Shown: positions 16,215 through 25,840 of the stretch, piece after piece
How the letters are laid out: every line of letters begins with the position of its first letter
Numbering within the stretch: position 1 is the first letter of the stretch
DNA from: an uncultured Thermoplasmata archaeon
Lineage (GTDB): Archaea > Thermoplasmatota > Thermoplasmata > RBG-16-68-12
DNA: 64,000 nt
Assembly: GCA_963768855.1 (NCBI GenBank)
Contig: CAVYJM010000006.1
Span: 640,001-704,000, forward strand
Direction of reading: 5' to 3'
The notes under the pieces: model-generated
The model's input: the letters and a program-made list of their open reading frames with translations, nothing else
The model's database searches: none
Told to the model about the DNA's origin: nothing
Position numbers and translations under genes: made by a program

Positions 16215-19156
16215 GGCCCATGGCGCTGGATCAGGGCGTCGTGCTGCTGGCCATCGTCGGCCTGGTCGTCCTCGTCCTCCTGGTCTGGACGGGGCGCAAG
16301 CGCTTCCCGCTCCGGATCGGCATGGGGAACTTCTTCCGCCGCAAGACCCAGGTGGCCATCGTCGTCGCGGGCCTCCTGATCGGCACCGCGATCATCAGCT
16401 CCTCCTACGTCATTCAGTCCACCTTCGACTATACGATCCGGAGCACGGTGTTCCACCAGCTCGACTACATCGACGAGACGATCACCGCCTCCAACGCCAC
16501 GGCCAACCGCATCCCCTTCGACCTTTCCGTGTTCCAGGGCCTCCAGGACAATCTGACGCGAGGGGAAATGCCCGCGGTGGCGAAGCTAGCCCCGCGGTAC
16601 GTGGTAGGCGCAGCCAGCAACGACACGAGGACGCTGCTCTTCGAGCCCACGGGGACGCTCATCGGCTTCAACGCGACGTACGACCTAGGCGAGTTCGTGC
16701 GGGCCGACGGCACGACGTGGAACGGCACGGGACTCGCGCAAAGCGAAGTCATCGTGAACCAGGCGTACGCGAACGACACGGAGGCGAAGGTCGGAGACCA
16801 GCTCTTCGTGTTCCCGGCGGGAATGGTTCACCCCCTCCGGCTCACCGTGGCCGCCGTCGTCTTGGACCAAGGTCGCGGAGGCTACAGTGGGAACGCGAAC
16901 CTATTTGCGCCGCTCGAGACGGTCCAGTCCGCCTTCGTTCTACCGTTCCAGCCCGTGAAGCCTCTCATCAACACGATCGTCGTCGCCAACGTCGGGGGGC
17001 CGACGCAGGGGTACCTCCACACGAGTGACGTCGACGCCCAGCTCACCGCGCACCTGCCTACGGGCCTCGGCCTGAGCATCTCGAACGTGAAGGAGGACGC
17101 AGTCACGCAGGCAACCCAGAATGTGGACATGCTGAGCCAGATCTTCCTCCTGCTCGGCTCTTTCACCATCATCGCGGGTGTCTTGCTCATCATCAACATC
17201 TTCGTCATGCTCGCGGAGGAGAGAAAGGGCGAGATGGGCGTGGAGCGAGCGCTCGGGATGCGCCGCAGCCACCTCGTCCAGAGCTTCGTCGCGGAGGGGC
17301 TGGCCTACGCGCTCTTGTCCGCGGCCGTGGGCACCTTCGCAGGCCTCCTCATCGCGGGCGTCATCCTGTGGGCCTTCACCTTGATCTTCCCCGCGCAGCT
17401 CTTCGGCGGCGTCCAGTTCGTCCTTACGTGGACGGCCCTCGACCTCATCCGGGGGTTTGCGATTGGCTTCCTGATCACGATGGGCACGATCCTCCTCGCT
17501 TCGTGGAGGGTCTCCAGGCTGAACATCGTGCGCGCGATCCGGGACATACCGGAGCCCGTGGAGCACCGCTCAACGAAGTGGCAGCTCGCCCTCGGCGGCT
17601 CTCTCGCGGGCCTCGGGGCCCTCCTCTCTCGTCGCCGCGATCGTCCGCGGAGACGTCCTTTTCCAGGACCTGGGACCGTCGAGCCTCGCCGTCGGGCTCG
17701 CAATTCTGCTTCGCAACGTCGTGACCCCTCGGGCGGCCTTCACCGCGGCGGGCGCGTTCATGGTCGTCTGGCTCCTGCTCCCCGAGCAAGCCCATCACGA
17801 GCTCGGACGTGAACATCGACGTGTTCGTCGCCGCGGGCCTCCTCATGGTCTTCGGGGCTCTCCTCCTGGTCATGTTCAACAGCGAGGTCCTCATCTGGGT
17901 GGCCACCCGGATCGGGCGGAAGCGCACCTGGCGCCCCGTTGTACGCACGGCGGTTGCCTACCCGATGAACAAGAAGTTCCGCACAGGTACGACCCTCGCC
18001 ACGATCTCCTGATCATGTTCACAATCGCCACGATGTCCGGGATCCAAGGGATCATCGGCTCGAGCATCACGACGACGGTCGTGCGGCAGAGCGGCGGCTA
18101 TGACCTCATCGGGAACTCCATCAGGCCCATCTCGGAGTCGAGCATCACCGAGAACCTTACGACACACCCCGCGTTGGGGCAGAACATCAGCGAGCTATGG
18201 GGCTTGTCCGCCATGAGGGCTGCGACCTCCTTCAACGCGAGCATGTCAGGGGACCTGCACAATACGACCCTGCTCGGCGTGCCGCAGGCCTGGGTGAACG
18301 CATCCATCCCGCTTGAGTTCCAGTCCTTGGATGCGAACTACTCCTCGCCACAGGCCGCCTGGGAGGCCATCGAGACGGATCCGCACCTCGCGATCGCGGA
18401 CGGGAGCGTCGTGCCTGGCGGGATGGGGGCGGGGGCCGGGTTCGGCGGGCGGAGGGTTCTTCACCTTCAGCGCGAAGGTGGGCGACACCCTATACTACGG
18501 CAGCAGGACCACCCAGCTCGGGTACGTGAAGCTCATCGGTATCCTATACGAGCAATTCGTGCCGGGGCTCTTCGTCGGCCGGAACGTGGTCACGGCGCTC
18601 TTCCCACATCGACGCGTCAAGCATCTTCTACGTGAAGGTGAGGGCGGGGGTCGACGCAACCGCCGTGGCGCACAACCTAGAGCGGGCCTTCCTCGAGGAG
18701 GGCATGGTGGCCATCGACCTCAACAACCTCGTCAGCCAGATCACGGACGTCATCACGGGCGTCTTCAACCTCCTCGAGGCGTACCTCGCCCTCGGCCTCA
18801 TCGTCGGGATCGCGGGGTTGGGCGTCATCACGATGCGGAATGTCGTCGAGCGGCGCACGGAGACGGGAGCGTTGCGTGCCCTGGGCTTCCGGAAGTCCAT
18901 GATTCTCGCCTCCTTCCTCCTCGAGCTCATGTTCATCGCGGTCACGGGGATCGCGATCGGCGACGCCCTCGGGATTGCTCTGTCGTATGACCTGTTCTTG
19001 AAGTTCTTCGCGGACACTGGGTACTTCTCGATCCCGTGGGACCGACTCGTCTTGCTGAGTTCCATCGCGTTCGTGGGCGCCGTCGTGGCCACGGCGAGTC
19101 CGGCGATCCGCGCGGCCCGCATGCCTCCGGCGGAGGCCCTGCGGAGCTACGAGTGA
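16211..19156 (+). CDS. Large duplicated FtsX/MacB-type ABC permease with five apparent single-base frameshifts
   Basis: Two FtsX-type halves (MLAEERKGEMGVERALG and NVVERRTETGALRALG). Coding sense moves between frames at about 17627, 17784, 18008, 18449 and 18604, each repaired by one base. Confidence 0.8.
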
Positions 19157-19166
19157 GATTCGCTCA

Positions 19167-19186
19167 TTCTGCTCAATTGGGCAGAA
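19167..19186. terminator. Hairpin between convergent genes
   Basis: TTCTGC-T-CAATTG-G-GCAGAA, a near-perfect palindrome between the permease stop and the YHS gene stop. Confidence 0.4.
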
Positions 19187-19198
19187 ACGCGGCGGAGA

Positions 19199-19378
19199 TC
19201 AGTAGACGGCTTCCTTCTGGCGGCGTTCGAGGACGAGCTCGCGGAAGTGCTCGGGCTTGCGGTCGAACGCGAGCTGGCACTCCTCGGAGCAGAAGTAGTA
19301 GGGCGTCCCCTTGTACCAGATCATCCAGTACGCGTTGTGCGGGTTGACCGGCTTCTCGCAGACGGGATCGACCGCCAT
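19199..19378 (-). CDS. YHS/TRASH-domain small protein (59 aa)
   Basis: Hand translation MAVDPVCEKPVNPHNAYWMIWYKGTPYYFCSEECQLAFDRKPEHFRELVLERRQKEAVY* shows DPVC...Y.G..YYFCS..C...F...P. Missing from the ORF track. Confidence 0.9.
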   Translation of the reverse strand: MAVDPVCEKPVNPHNAYWMIWYKGTPYYFCSEECQLAFDRKPEHFRELVLERRQKEAVY

Positions 19379-19482
19379 GATGCCTCGGTCCTCGGTCCGC
19401 CGAAGACGCGGCTCGATATGAAGGCTTCGCCCGCACCCCGTCCGCGCCGTGCGTTTATATCCCCGCGCCCGATACGCGACGC

Positions 19483-20502
19483 GTGCCCCAGCGGGTCGCG
19501 GTCATCGGCGTGGGCAACATGGGCCAGAACCACGCCCGCGTGTACTCCGAGATCGCGGACCTCGTGGGGATCGCCGACCCGGACGTCAAGGCGGGAGGCG
19601 CTCTGCTCAACCGCCTCCCGGTGAAGAGCTACTTCCCCGACTACCGGGCCCTCCTGAAGGAGGACATCGATGCGGTGAGCATCTGCGTGCCGACGAGCCT
19701 GCACGCGAAGGTCGCGCTGGACGCCATCCGCGCCGGCGTCGACCTCCTCGTCGAGAAGCCCCTCGCGCCGACCGTGGCGGCCGCGAAGAAGATCGTGGAG
19801 GCCGCAGAACGCGCGAAGGTCACCCTGGCCGTCGGGCACGTGGAGCGACACAACCCGGCCATCGCTCTGGTCAAGCGCCAGCTCGACGCGGGAGACTTCG
19901 GCAACCTGATCACCCTCTCGGCGCGGCGCGTGAGCTCGTTCCCCACCCGCGTGCGTGACATCGGCGTGATCCTCGACCTCGGGGTGCACGACATCGACGT
20001 GATGCGGTACCTGGTCGGCTCCCGCGTCGAGAGCGTCTACGCGCTCTCCGGCCGGCGCCTCCACGAGCGCTTCGAGGACCATGCGAACGTGCTGCTGCGC
20101 TTCGCGGACGGGGTCCACGGGTTCATCGAAGTGAACTGGCTCACGCCGACCAAGGTCCGCCACCTCGCGCTCACGGCCCAGAAGAGCTTCGTCGAGGTCG
20201 ACTACACGGACCAGAGCGTCACGGTGAGCTCGAGCACCCTGGGCCGGCTCGACTCCTTCAACCTGTACCAGATCCCGCTCGAGCACCACGTCCGGCGGAT
20301 CCACGTGCGGAAGGAGGAACCGCTGCGGCGCGAGCTCGTCGATTTCCTCGAGGCCTCGAAGAGCCACCGCCCGCCCCTCGTGACCGGAAGGGACGCGATC
20401 GAGACGCTCCGCGTCGTCGAGGCGGCGATGCTCTCCCACCACCTCCAGCAGGCGATCAACCTCGCCCGGAGCGCGGGCAGGCCCCGTTCGAGGCGGTCCT
20501 AG
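19483..20502 (+). CDS. Gfo/Idh/MocA oxidoreductase (WlbA/WbpB-like UDP-GlcNAcA 3-dehydrogenase)
   Basis: VAVIGVGNMG, LVEKP, VGHVERHNPA and DLGVHDID motifs. Confidence 0.9.
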   Translation: MPQRVAVIGVGNMGQNHARVYSEIADLVGIADPDVKAGGALLNRLPVKSYFPDYRALLKEDIDAVSICVPTSLHAKVALDAIRAGVDLLVEKPLAPTVAAAKKIVEAAERAKVTLAVGHVERHNPAIALVKRQLDAGDFGNLITLSARRVSSFPTRVRDIGVILDLGVHDIDVMRYLVGSRVESVYALSGRRLHERFEDHANVLLRFADGVHGFIEVNWLTPTKVRHLALTAQKSFVEVDYTDQSVTVSSSTLGRLDSFNLYQIPLEHHVRRIHVRKEEPLRRELVDFLEASKSHRPPLVTGRDAIETLRVVEAAMLSHHLQQAINLARSAGRPRSRRS

Positions 20503-21797
20503 AACTGCCCCTTGCCGATCCCGCGGTACACGAATCCCGCCCGGACCACCTCGGGCCCGTGGAACACGTTGCGTCCGTCCACGAGGACCTTCCGCCTCAG
20601 GAGCCGGCCGATCCGCTTCAGGTCGAGGCGGCGATACGCCGAGTGCGCCGTCACGAGGACGAGGGCGTCCGCGCCCCGTGCGGCCGCCTCGAGGTCCCGC
20701 ACGATCGTGAACCCATGCTCCGTCCGCGCGTACGGGTCGTGGATGACCGTGTCCGCGCCGCGGCGGCGCAGCTCGCGGATGATCGGGATCGCGGGCGTGT
20801 TCCTCGAGTCCTCCGTGTCCTCGCGGTAGGCGAATCCGAGCACCGCGACCCGAGCTCCCTTGAGCCGCCGGCCCGAGGCGACGAGCGCCTCGTCGACGAG
20901 CTGGGCCATGCGACGCGGCATGTAGTCGTTCACGGACCGCGCCACGGGGATCAGCTCGGGCTTCGTGTGGATCGCGGGGTGGACGAGGAGCCACGGATCC
21001 TTGGGGATGCAGTGCCCGCCCACGCCGGCACCGGGGAAGAGCATCGCGCGGTAGGGGCACGTGTTCACGAGCTCGCGCACGCGGAACGCATCGACGCCGA
21101 GCTCCTCGGAGATGAGCGCGACCTCGTTCGCGAACGCGATCTGGACGTCCCAATACGCGTTCTCCGCGGTCTTCGCGACCTCCGCGGTCGTCCAATCCGT
21201 TTCGTGGAGGTCGCCCTTCACGAACCGCTTGTAGAAAGCCACCGCCTTCCGGGCCCCCGTGGGCTCGGCGGCCCCGAGCACGCGGTGCAGGGTCGTCAGG
21301 TTGTAGAGGAGCTTCCCGGCCGTCAGGCGCTCGGGGCAGTGGACGAGGTGCACGTCCCGGCCGACCTTCTTCCCCGAGGCGCGCTCGAGGGTGGGGCGGA
21401 CGACCTTCTCCATCGTTCCGGGCGAGAGCGTCGACTCGATCGAGACGAGCGCACCACGCTTTAGGTGCGGGCCGATCCCGGCGAGGGCGGACTTGAGCGC
21501 GCGGTACGCGGGGTCGTGCGTGACGGCATCAATGGGCGTCTCGACCGCGACCACGACCACGTCCGCGGATCCAATGGCCGCGTAGTCGGTGGTCGCCGTG
21601 AACCGCTTGGCCGCCACCTGGGCCTTGATGAGTTCCGACAGCCCGGGCTCGCGTCCCCGGAGCGGGTTGTGTCCCCGGTTGATGACGTCGACCTTCTTCG
21701 CGTCGATGTCCACGCCGACGACCCGGACGCCCGTCGCGGCCACGGAGACGGCCACGGGCACGCCGACGTAGCCCAGCCCGACCACCGCGGCTCTCAC
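20499..21797 (-). CDS. Nucleotide-sugar 6-dehydrogenase (WecC/WbpA-like)
   Basis: GTG start at 21797, VVGLGYVG, IESTLSPGT, CPERL, KTAENAY and catalytic GVGGHCIPKDP motifs. Confidence 0.92.
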   Translation of the reverse strand: MRAAVVGLGYVGVPVAVSVAATGVRVVGVDIDAKKVDVINRGHNPLRGREPGLSELIKAQVAAKRFTATTDYAAIGSADVVVVAVETPIDAVTHDPAYRALKSALAGIGPHLKRGALVSIESTLSPGTMEKVVRPTLERASGKKVGRDVHLVHCPERLTAGKLLYNLTTLHRVLGAAEPTGARKAVAFYKRFVKGDLHETDWTTAEVAKTAENAYWDVQIAFANEVALISEELGVDAFRVRELVNTCPYRAMLFPGAGVGGHCIPKDPWLLVHPAIHTKPELIPVARSVNDYMPRRMAQLVDEALVASGRRLKGARVAVLGFAYREDTEDSRNTPAIPIIRELRRRGADTVIHDPYARTEHGFTIVRDLEAAARGADALVLVTAHSAYRRLDLKRIGRLLRRKVLVDGRNVFHGPEVVRAGFVYRGIGKGQF

Positions 21798-21865
21798 GGG
21801 CGCGCGGATACAGGCCTCTCCTGATAAAGGTTTCAGCCTCGGGTCGCGGTCCGGGAGGCGGAGGC

Positions 21866-22828
21866 TCAGTCGAGCGCGGACTCCGTGATCGTGAGGGCCG
21901 GCCTGTCCGCGTCCAAGGTCGCGCGGACGCCGACGGGCACAGGATGGTTCCATTTCCCGTGGCCAACGCACAGGCCCGTGAACGAGGGCGCGCGCACCCG
22001 CGCCAGATGGTCCGCGAGGACCTCCTCGAGGCTCGGCTGGGCCTCCTCGCGCTTCGCGAACTTGGAGAACTGGCCGACCGCGATCCCTGCGGCTGCGCGG
22101 AGCTTGCCCGCGAGTTCGAACGCCGTCAGCTCGTACTCGACGTAGTACTCGGAGATGTGCACGTCCTCGAAGAACAGGATGCGCCCCTTCGTGTCGACCT
22201 CGAAGGGCGAGCCGAGGGTGTGCGTCATCATGGAGAGGTTCCCCCCGATCGTGAGGCCCTCGGCCTTCCCGCCGCGGACCGTCCGCAGGAGCATGCCCTC
22301 GGGCGGGTTGCGGATCTCCCCCCAGGGCTCCGTGGACGACAGGAGCCTCAGCGCCTTCTCCAGCTTCGAGGGGTCCGGCTTCCCTTTCTCCGAGTCGGGT
22401 TCGTCCGCGCCGACGGACTCGACGCCAGGGCCGTGGAAGGTCACGAGTCCGGCCTTCTGGGCGAAGTTGACGTGCAGGGTCGTGATGTCGGAGTATCCCA
22501 TGAAGATCTTCGGGTGGTCCCGCACGACGTCGTAGTCGAGCAGGGGGAGGACCCGCATCGTGCCGTACCCGCCGCGGGAGCAGATGACCGCGTCGACCGC
22601 GTCGTCGCGGAACGCGTCGAGGAGTTCCTTCGCCCGCATCTCGTCCGTCGCGGAGACCATCCCCTGCCGCGTCAGCCTTCGAGTGCACTCGCCGAGGACG
22701 ACCTTGTAGCCCTTCTTCCGGAGGAAGGCGATGCCCTGGCCCAGGCCGAAGGGTTCCGCGAAGCTCGCCGGACTGACGACCGCGATCGTGGCGCCGCGCT
22801 TCAGGTGGGCCGGCTTCTGTCGCTGCAT
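21866..22828 (-). CDS. S66-family LD-carboxypeptidase / MccF-like serine peptidase
   Basis: RGGYG, GYSDIT (Ser), GGNLS, FFEDV (Glu) and VGHG (His) motifs. Confidence 0.92.
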   Translation of the reverse strand: MQRQKPAHLKRGATIAVVSPASFAEPFGLGQGIAFLRKKGYKVVLGECTRRLTRQGMVSATDEMRAKELLDAFRDDAVDAVICSRGGYGTMRVLPLLDYDVVRDHPKIFMGYSDITTLHVNFAQKAGLVTFHGPGVESVGADEPDSEKGKPDPSKLEKALRLLSSTEPWGEIRNPPEGMLLRTVRGGKAEGLTIGGNLSMMTHTLGSPFEVDTKGRILFFEDVHISEYYVEYELTAFELAGKLRAAAGIAVGQFSKFAKREEAQPSLEEVLADHLARVRAPSFTGLCVGHGKWNHPVPVGVRATLDADRPALTITESALD

Positions 22829-22967
22829 CGGCGGCGGGAACGCGGACCGCTGGATAACGTCATCGCCGCGGCCCGGACCCGCGCCGATGCGCCAGGCCTT
22901 GCGCACCGGCGCGCGCCCCGCGTGCTTGACAGAATCTTCTTATCCCCCGCGGCCGGTTCGACCCGCA

Positions 22968-24029
22968 GTGAAGGTCGCCAGCGTCGTCGGGGCCCGCCCC
23001 CAGTTCATCAAGGCCGCCCCCGTGAGCCGCGAGATCCGGGAGCACAACGAGGAGGTCCTCGTCCACACGGGGCAGCACTACGACCCGAACATGAGCGAGG
23101 TCTTCTTCCAGGTCCTCGACCTCCCGAAACCCGACTACAACCTCGAGGTCGGCTCCGGGAGCCACGCTTGGCAGACCGCGGAGATGATGAAGCGCCTTGA
23201 CGAGGTGTTCGAGAAGGAGAAGCCCGACTTCGTCCTCGTGTACGGCGACACGAACTCCACGGTCGCTGGCGCGCTCACGGCGGCCAAGGCGGGTCTTCCG
23301 CTCGGCCACGTGGAGGGCGGCCTCCGTTCGTACAACCGCACGATGCCCGAGGAGATCAACCGGGTCGTCACGGACCACCTCTCCACCCTGATCTTCTGCC
23401 CGACCCAGACGGCCGTGGACAACCTCGCCCGCGAGGGAATCACCCGGGGCGTCCACCTCGTCGGGGACGTCATGTACGACGTCGCGCTGCACATGGCCCA
23501 GCCCGCCCGGGCTCGCGGCGTCGTCAAGCGCCTGGAGCTCGTGGCGGGCGACTACATCCTGGCGACGATCCACCGCCCCTCGAACGCGGACAGCAAGGAG
23601 ACGCTCTCGGGGATCGTCGAGGCCCTCGTCGACTGCGGCCGGACGGTCGTGTTCCCCGTCCACCCGCGCACGAAGAAGAACCTGCAGGCCTTCGGCCTCT
23701 GGGACGAGCTCGAGTCGAAGGTCAGGGTCCTCCCCCCGGTCGACTACCTCGACTTCCTCGGCCTCCTCATCGACGCGGCCAAGGTCGTCACGGACAGCGG
23801 CGGGGTCCAGAAGGAGGCGTACTTCTTCGGCATCCCGTGCATCACCCTCCGCGACGAGACGGAGTGGATCGAGACGGTCGAGGACGGCTGGAACGCGCTC
23901 GTCGGGACGGAGACAGAGGACGTCCTCCACGCGATCCAGCACTTCAACCCCTCCGGCACGAAGTCCAAGAGCTTCGGGGACGGCCACGCGGCGGAGCAGA
24001 TCGCGCGGATCGTTGACAAGTCCCTGTGA
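22968..24029 (+). CDS. wecB: Non-hydrolysing UDP-N-acetylglucosamine 2-epimerase
   Basis: VGARPQFIK, HTGQHYD, YGDTNST, HVEGGLRS, MPEEINR and TDSGGVQKEA motifs. Confidence 0.93.
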   Translation: MKVASVVGARPQFIKAAPVSREIREHNEEVLVHTGQHYDPNMSEVFFQVLDLPKPDYNLEVGSGSHAWQTAEMMKRLDEVFEKEKPDFVLVYGDTNSTVAGALTAAKAGLPLGHVEGGLRSYNRTMPEEINRVVTDHLSTLIFCPTQTAVDNLAREGITRGVHLVGDVMYDVALHMAQPARARGVVKRLELVAGDYILATIHRPSNADSKETLSGIVEALVDCGRTVVFPVHPRTKKNLQAFGLWDELESKVRVLPPVDYLDFLGLLIDAAKVVTDSGGVQKEAYFFGIPCITLRDETEWIETVEDGWNALVGTETEDVLHAIQHFNPSGTKSKSFGDGHAAEQIARIVDKSL

Positions 24030-24073
24030 CGCGAGCCGCGCAGGCTTAATATCGCCCGGCGAATGCGCGCCCC

Positions 24074-24997
24074 GTGGCTCTCGCCGGCTTCTCCGACCCG
24101 GTCTCCTTCGTGGCGGTCGCGGTCATCGTCGGCGCCCTCGCGTACTCGTACTGGCGGAAGGCCCTGCTCACCTTCACGATCACCGTCGCCTGCGGCCTCG
24201 TCTTCGCCCTCGAGATCGTGTCGACAGGCGGGTTCGTGATCTGGCCCTTCGGCATCCTGGGGGACCTCAGCCTCGTCGAGATCGGCGGGTACGTGTCGCC
24301 TCCCTGGACCTTCGTCACCTTCCAGTACCTCCACGCGAGCCTCAGCCACCTGCTGTTCAACGTCCTCGCCCTCGTCCTCATCGCGCCCGTGTTCGAGGAC
24401 CGGATCGGGTCGTTGCGGTTCGGCGTCCTGTACTTCGTCGGTGGCATCTTGGGCGCGGCGGGGTTCCTCCTCTTGAACCTCGGACACTCCGTCGTCCTGG
24501 TCGGGGCGTCCGCGGGAATCTCGTCCGTCTTCGGTGCGTACGGCCGCCTCTATCCGCGGGACCGGGTACAGCTCTTCCTGCCTCTCCCAGGGATGCCGGC
24601 GTTCCGGGTCATCGACCTCGTGATCGCGTTCCTCGTCCTCGAGACCGCGCTGAGTTACGTCGGAGGCCTCTTTGGCCCGCTCGCAGGCATCGCCTGGCAG
24701 GCCCACGTGGTCGCGATGATCTTCGGCTTCGCCTGCGCGCCGCTCGTGATGCGGATCCCCTCGAAGCGGCAGCGCCCCCTGAAGAAGATGTCCTTCCAGG
24801 CGTGGCGCGCGTTGGCCATGACGCCGGAACTGCGGTCCATCCTCGACGAGGCGGAGCGCGCGGACCTGCCCGAGATCCGCGACGCGTGGCTCGAGAAGTT
24901 CATCCGCGCCATGCGATGCCCCCAGTGCGGGGGTCCGGTGAAGCGGAGCTTCGGACAGCTCCGGAGCCGGTGCGGGTGGAAGGCTCGGCTCGGCTGA
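24074..24997 (+). CDS. Rhomboid intramembrane serine protease with C-terminal Zn-ribbon-like tail
   Basis: YLHASLSHLLFN, VGASAG (catalytic Ser), AWQAH (catalytic His); tail CPQC...RCG. Confidence 0.9.
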   Translation: MALAGFSDPVSFVAVAVIVGALAYSYWRKALLTFTITVACGLVFALEIVSTGGFVIWPFGILGDLSLVEIGGYVSPPWTFVTFQYLHASLSHLLFNVLALVLIAPVFEDRIGSLRFGVLYFVGGILGAAGFLLLNLGHSVVLVGASAGISSVFGAYGRLYPRDRVQLFLPLPGMPAFRVIDLVIAFLVLETALSYVGGLFGPLAGIAWQAHVVAMIFGFACAPLVMRIPSKRQRPLKKMSFQAWRALAMTPELRSILDEAERADLPEIRDAWLEKFIRAMRCPQCGGPVKRSFGQLRSRCGWKARLG

Positions 24998-25049
24998 CGC
25001 CGGCCTGAGGTCGCAATCCTTTTGGCCCACCGGTCCGTACCTGCTCCCG

Positions 25050-25652
25050 ATGTCGGCGCCGAGCGCCCTCGTTCTCCACTGCGATACCTGCGGCGACGTG
25101 CCCCACAGGGTCCTCCGCGGCAAGGTGACCGGGAAGGACGAGGTGATCTTCGAGGGCATCGTGAAGTGCTCCAAGTGCGACCAGGTCCGCTCCGTCGTCA
25201 CGCGCGAGCCGAAGCCGATCGCGGTGCCGCTGATCATCAGCTTCCTCGAGAAATCGGAGCGGACCTCCCTCGAGTTCTCCCCGGACGAGCAGATCGAGCT
25301 CGGCCAGGAGATCGAGCTCGGGGACACGCAGCTCAAGGTGACCGCGATCGAGGTCCAGGGGCGCCGGATGGACGGCGCGGTCGCGAAGGAGGTCTCCACG
25401 CTCTGGGCGAAGCGGACGGACCGGGTGCGGGTCAAGTTCAGCGTGAACATGGGGAACCGGACCGTCCCCCACGACGTCCTGGCGAGCCGGGACGAGGAGT
25501 TCGAGGTTGGGGACATCATCGACCTGGGCCGCGTCCGGGCGGTCGTCCATCACATCCGCACGCCGCACCGGACGATCCACGAGGGCCGCGCGCGCGCCGA
25601 TGAGATCGTGCGCATGTACGGCCGTCGCGTGCGGGAGCGGACGCGCCGCTGA
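25050..25652 (+). CDS. Archaeal zinc-finger protein (HVO_0476-like)
   Basis: CDTC..H.VL.G...CSKC N-terminus followed by two beta-rich repeats (E(I/F)E(L/V)G); family name recalled, not searched. Confidence 0.75.
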   Translation: MSAPSALVLHCDTCGDVPHRVLRGKVTGKDEVIFEGIVKCSKCDQVRSVVTREPKPIAVPLIISFLEKSERTSLEFSPDEQIELGQEIELGDTQLKVTAIEVQGRRMDGAVAKEVSTLWAKRTDRVRVKFSVNMGNRTVPHDVLASRDEEFEVGDIIDLGRVRAVVHHIRTPHRTIHEGRARADEIVRMYGRRVRERTRR

Positions 25653-25840
25653 CCCCGTGGACGGGCTCTCGCAAGATGCGGTTCATGTTCCTCCACACCG
25701 TCCCATAGATGAACGAGGGCGAGGGGGAGAAAGCGAAGCACGACCTCTCGAGGGTCCTCGCCGGGCGCATCGAGTCCGAGCGCGTCGGACCCGACCCTCG
25801 ACAAAGCGTTATGCCGGTCGGGGCTGTTGAGGCCCCCGGC

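Noticed and set aside
17600-18620. Programmed ribosomal frameshifting in the permease
   Set aside because: Five shifts of mixed sign without canonical slippery heptamers; sequencing error is far more parsimonious.
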